From: Eledone cirrhosa
Lineage: Eukaryota
Reading direction: 5' to 3'
DNA: 64,000 nucleotides
NCBI GenBank assembly: GCA_964016885.1
Contig: OZ024743.1
Span: 248,124,001 to 248,188,000, forward strand
Shown here: positions 61,875-64,000 of the stretch, in pieces
Layout of the letters: every line of letters begins with the position of its first letter
How positions within the stretch are numbered: the stretch's first letter is position 1
The notes under the pieces: generated by a model
Database searches by the model: none
Seen by the model: the letters and a program-made list of their open reading frames with translations, nothing else
What the model was told of the DNA's origin: nothing
Translations under genes and position numbers: made by a program

Positions 61875-63530
61875 CCAGTATTTAGATTGGGGTCACCGTT
61901 CCTTCCAATCACTCCTTTTCATGTCAGGTGGTCAGTGCCAACATGTGCATTGAAGTCTCCTATCAGGATATATGGCTCAGTCTTAACTACATCTAACACT
62001 GCAGTGACTTCATCAAGGAAGGATCTGTATTTGGACTCCTTGTTTTGTGCATAAACTTGCACCACCCACAAAAACCTATCTTTCAGCCTAAGTTTCAAGA
62101 AGCAAATCCTCCCTCCTAATGGGATACAGTCTATATCACATTCTAACAGCCGACAGCTTGTGAGTATCCCCACACTTGCCTGTGTAGTCATTTCTGGCGC
62201 CGCACCTGAATAGTAGAGTTTCCATCTTCTATTATACAGTATCAGAGTCACAGAACTTTGTTGAGGAAACCCGACTATATCTAGCTGGTAGCATCTAGCA
62301 TCCTCTACTAGTTCCTGCGCTTTATTTGTGATGTTCCAGGTTCAAATTGTCAAAATTTGCTCACTTCTGAACCCTCTTTGGGGTTTCGGGATACGTAATC
62401 TTATTAAATTTATGTTCTAGCAATAGACTCTCTATTATGAACACCTTCTTCCAGCAGAGAGACATCCATAAATCTACATGGTATAAGGGGAATTAGGGAC
62501 AGAGACCAATAATTGATTTTGTTATTGTTTCTGATCTCTTCAATTCTGTGCTGGATGTTCGTGTTAAGAGGGGGGCTGAACTGTCAGCTGATCACCATCT
62601 ATTTATCTGCAACTTGAGACTACCTAAAGCGAAAGTAGCCCACAAGGCTGACAGGACCAGGGCAACCTACAGGATAAAGTGGGAAGTGTTGGTGGATAAG
62701 GAATTCAGGACCAGGTATGCAGATGGCAAATTCAGAGAACTCCCTGAGCAAACTGAGGTTGTTGAGACAGAGTGAAGATTGTTCAGCTCAGCAGTTTCTG
62801 TTCCAGCTGTTATATGTGAAAGAGGCTTGGGATGCTACCGGATGGCAAGAGCATCCTTTGGTTCAATCAAGAGGTCAAAGATGCCATATGCGCAAAGAAG
62901 GAGGTCTAAAAAGCTTGATTTGGAAATAAGTCCTCCTACTTGCACTTGTGGTACAAGTAGGAATTAAGAGTTGCAGCAGAGACAGTAAAGGTGTCCAAAG
63001 TTAAGACATGGGAGGACTTTAGGATTAAGCTGGAATCCGACTTCAGATCAGCAAATAAAGTGTTCTGGCAGACCATCCGTTAACTTCGCAATAAGAAGTC
63101 CTCCTCCACACCTGCTATCAGGAATGTATCTGGGGTTCTCCTCTCTTCAGAGAGGTGCATCCTCATAAGGTGGAGAGAAACCCGATCACAACATCCTCCT
63201 CTGATGTACATGAGTTGCATCTGGGAGCAGTGACTAATCTCTCAGAAGCTGAGGTTACAAGAGCAGTTAAAGAGCTCAAATGTAGCAAGGCCACTGGGAA
63301 GATAAAATCTGGCCCAAGATGTTAAAAGCCTTAAATAAAGATGGTATTCTCTGGCTGACTTGTATGTGCCAGGTGGCCTGGATCTCTGGAAAGGCTACTA
63401 AGCAATGGCAATGGTTGCTTCTGACAGGATCCATTGGAAGGAGTATTTGAGGACTCTTCCCCCACGACCCTCTCAGGAATAAGTGGTCGAAGAAGGAGGA
63501 AGAGAAGAAAAAGAGTAGTAGTAGTAATAG
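61875..63530. mobile_element. RTE (Rex3/Expander-like) LINE with inverted 5' segment and deleted RT
   Basis: APE N-terminal half on the minus strand (TWNI..GDFNAHVG); APE C-terminal half on the plus strand (IMNTFFQ..IDF..ADHH); 3' end CCCACGACCC..ATAAGTGG. Confidence 0.85.
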
Positions 63531-64000
63531 TAGTATCACCACCACCGGTATAGTGTTGGTGGATTGGCAGAATTGTTAAAGCTCTAGACAGAATGCTTTG
63601 TGGTATATATTCTGGCTTTGTGTTTTCTGAGTTCAGACCTACTGTCAATGGAAAAAGGGGAATGCTTTTGCCTAGAGTATCAGTAATAGAAATACTAATG
63701 GCAACATAGGTTCCTTGTCCCAATTTGACAATCAGCTTCTTTCTTTTTCTTCTAAGAAGCTGCTGTTGTTATCCAAATATCAGGCCATTACATCAGTAAA
63801 CACAATAATTAATAATTTTATCCAACTTTTAGTAACTTGTGTAGCCTGTAACTTGTGCATAACTTCCTGCTTACTTCTCCAACAATGTTCTGTAAATCGT
63901 AACTGTCTTTGAGCAATTGTAGTTGTTATCTTGGGAAAGTTTCCTATAAACTTTCCTTTGCAATATGTTGACGCCAGTTTGTTTTGTTCAACCCTAAGCA

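Overview
AT-rich, repeat-dense animal genomic DNA. The repeat inventory (RTE LINEs, RTE-tailed and Meta-like SINEs, TA microsatellites) suggests a coleoid cephalopod, probably Octopus; this is an inference. Two divergently transcribed, intron-rich housekeeping genes were assembled by hand with continuous reading frames. The first is an RluA-family pseudouridine synthase (RPUSD2-like) on the minus strand, with 9 coding exons from 18555 down to 461; it continues past the left edge. The second is a complete ESCRT-III gene, CHMP1A-like, on the plus strand (8 coding exons, 28780-40496, 201 aa). The rest is mostly decayed mobile DNA: RTE, CRE, HERO and Tx1/L1 non-LTR fragments, a Chapaev3 transposon, mariner, hAT and TTAA-flanked MITEs, a Helitron, a solo LTR and many SINEs. 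The most notable observations are: (1) fold-back inverted repeats whose arms each carry an outward-facing hammerhead-ribozyme core of the Penelope-like pseudo-LTR type, one pair showing a compensatory stem-II substitution; (2) an in-frame upstream ATG that gives RPUSD2 a mitochondrial-presequence-like extension; (3) an RTE copy with a twin-priming-type 5' inversion; (4) a PHD-like finger inside RTE ORFs; (5) a possible promoter and 5'UTR of a third gene at about 50-57 kb. All calls were made by eye, without database searches.
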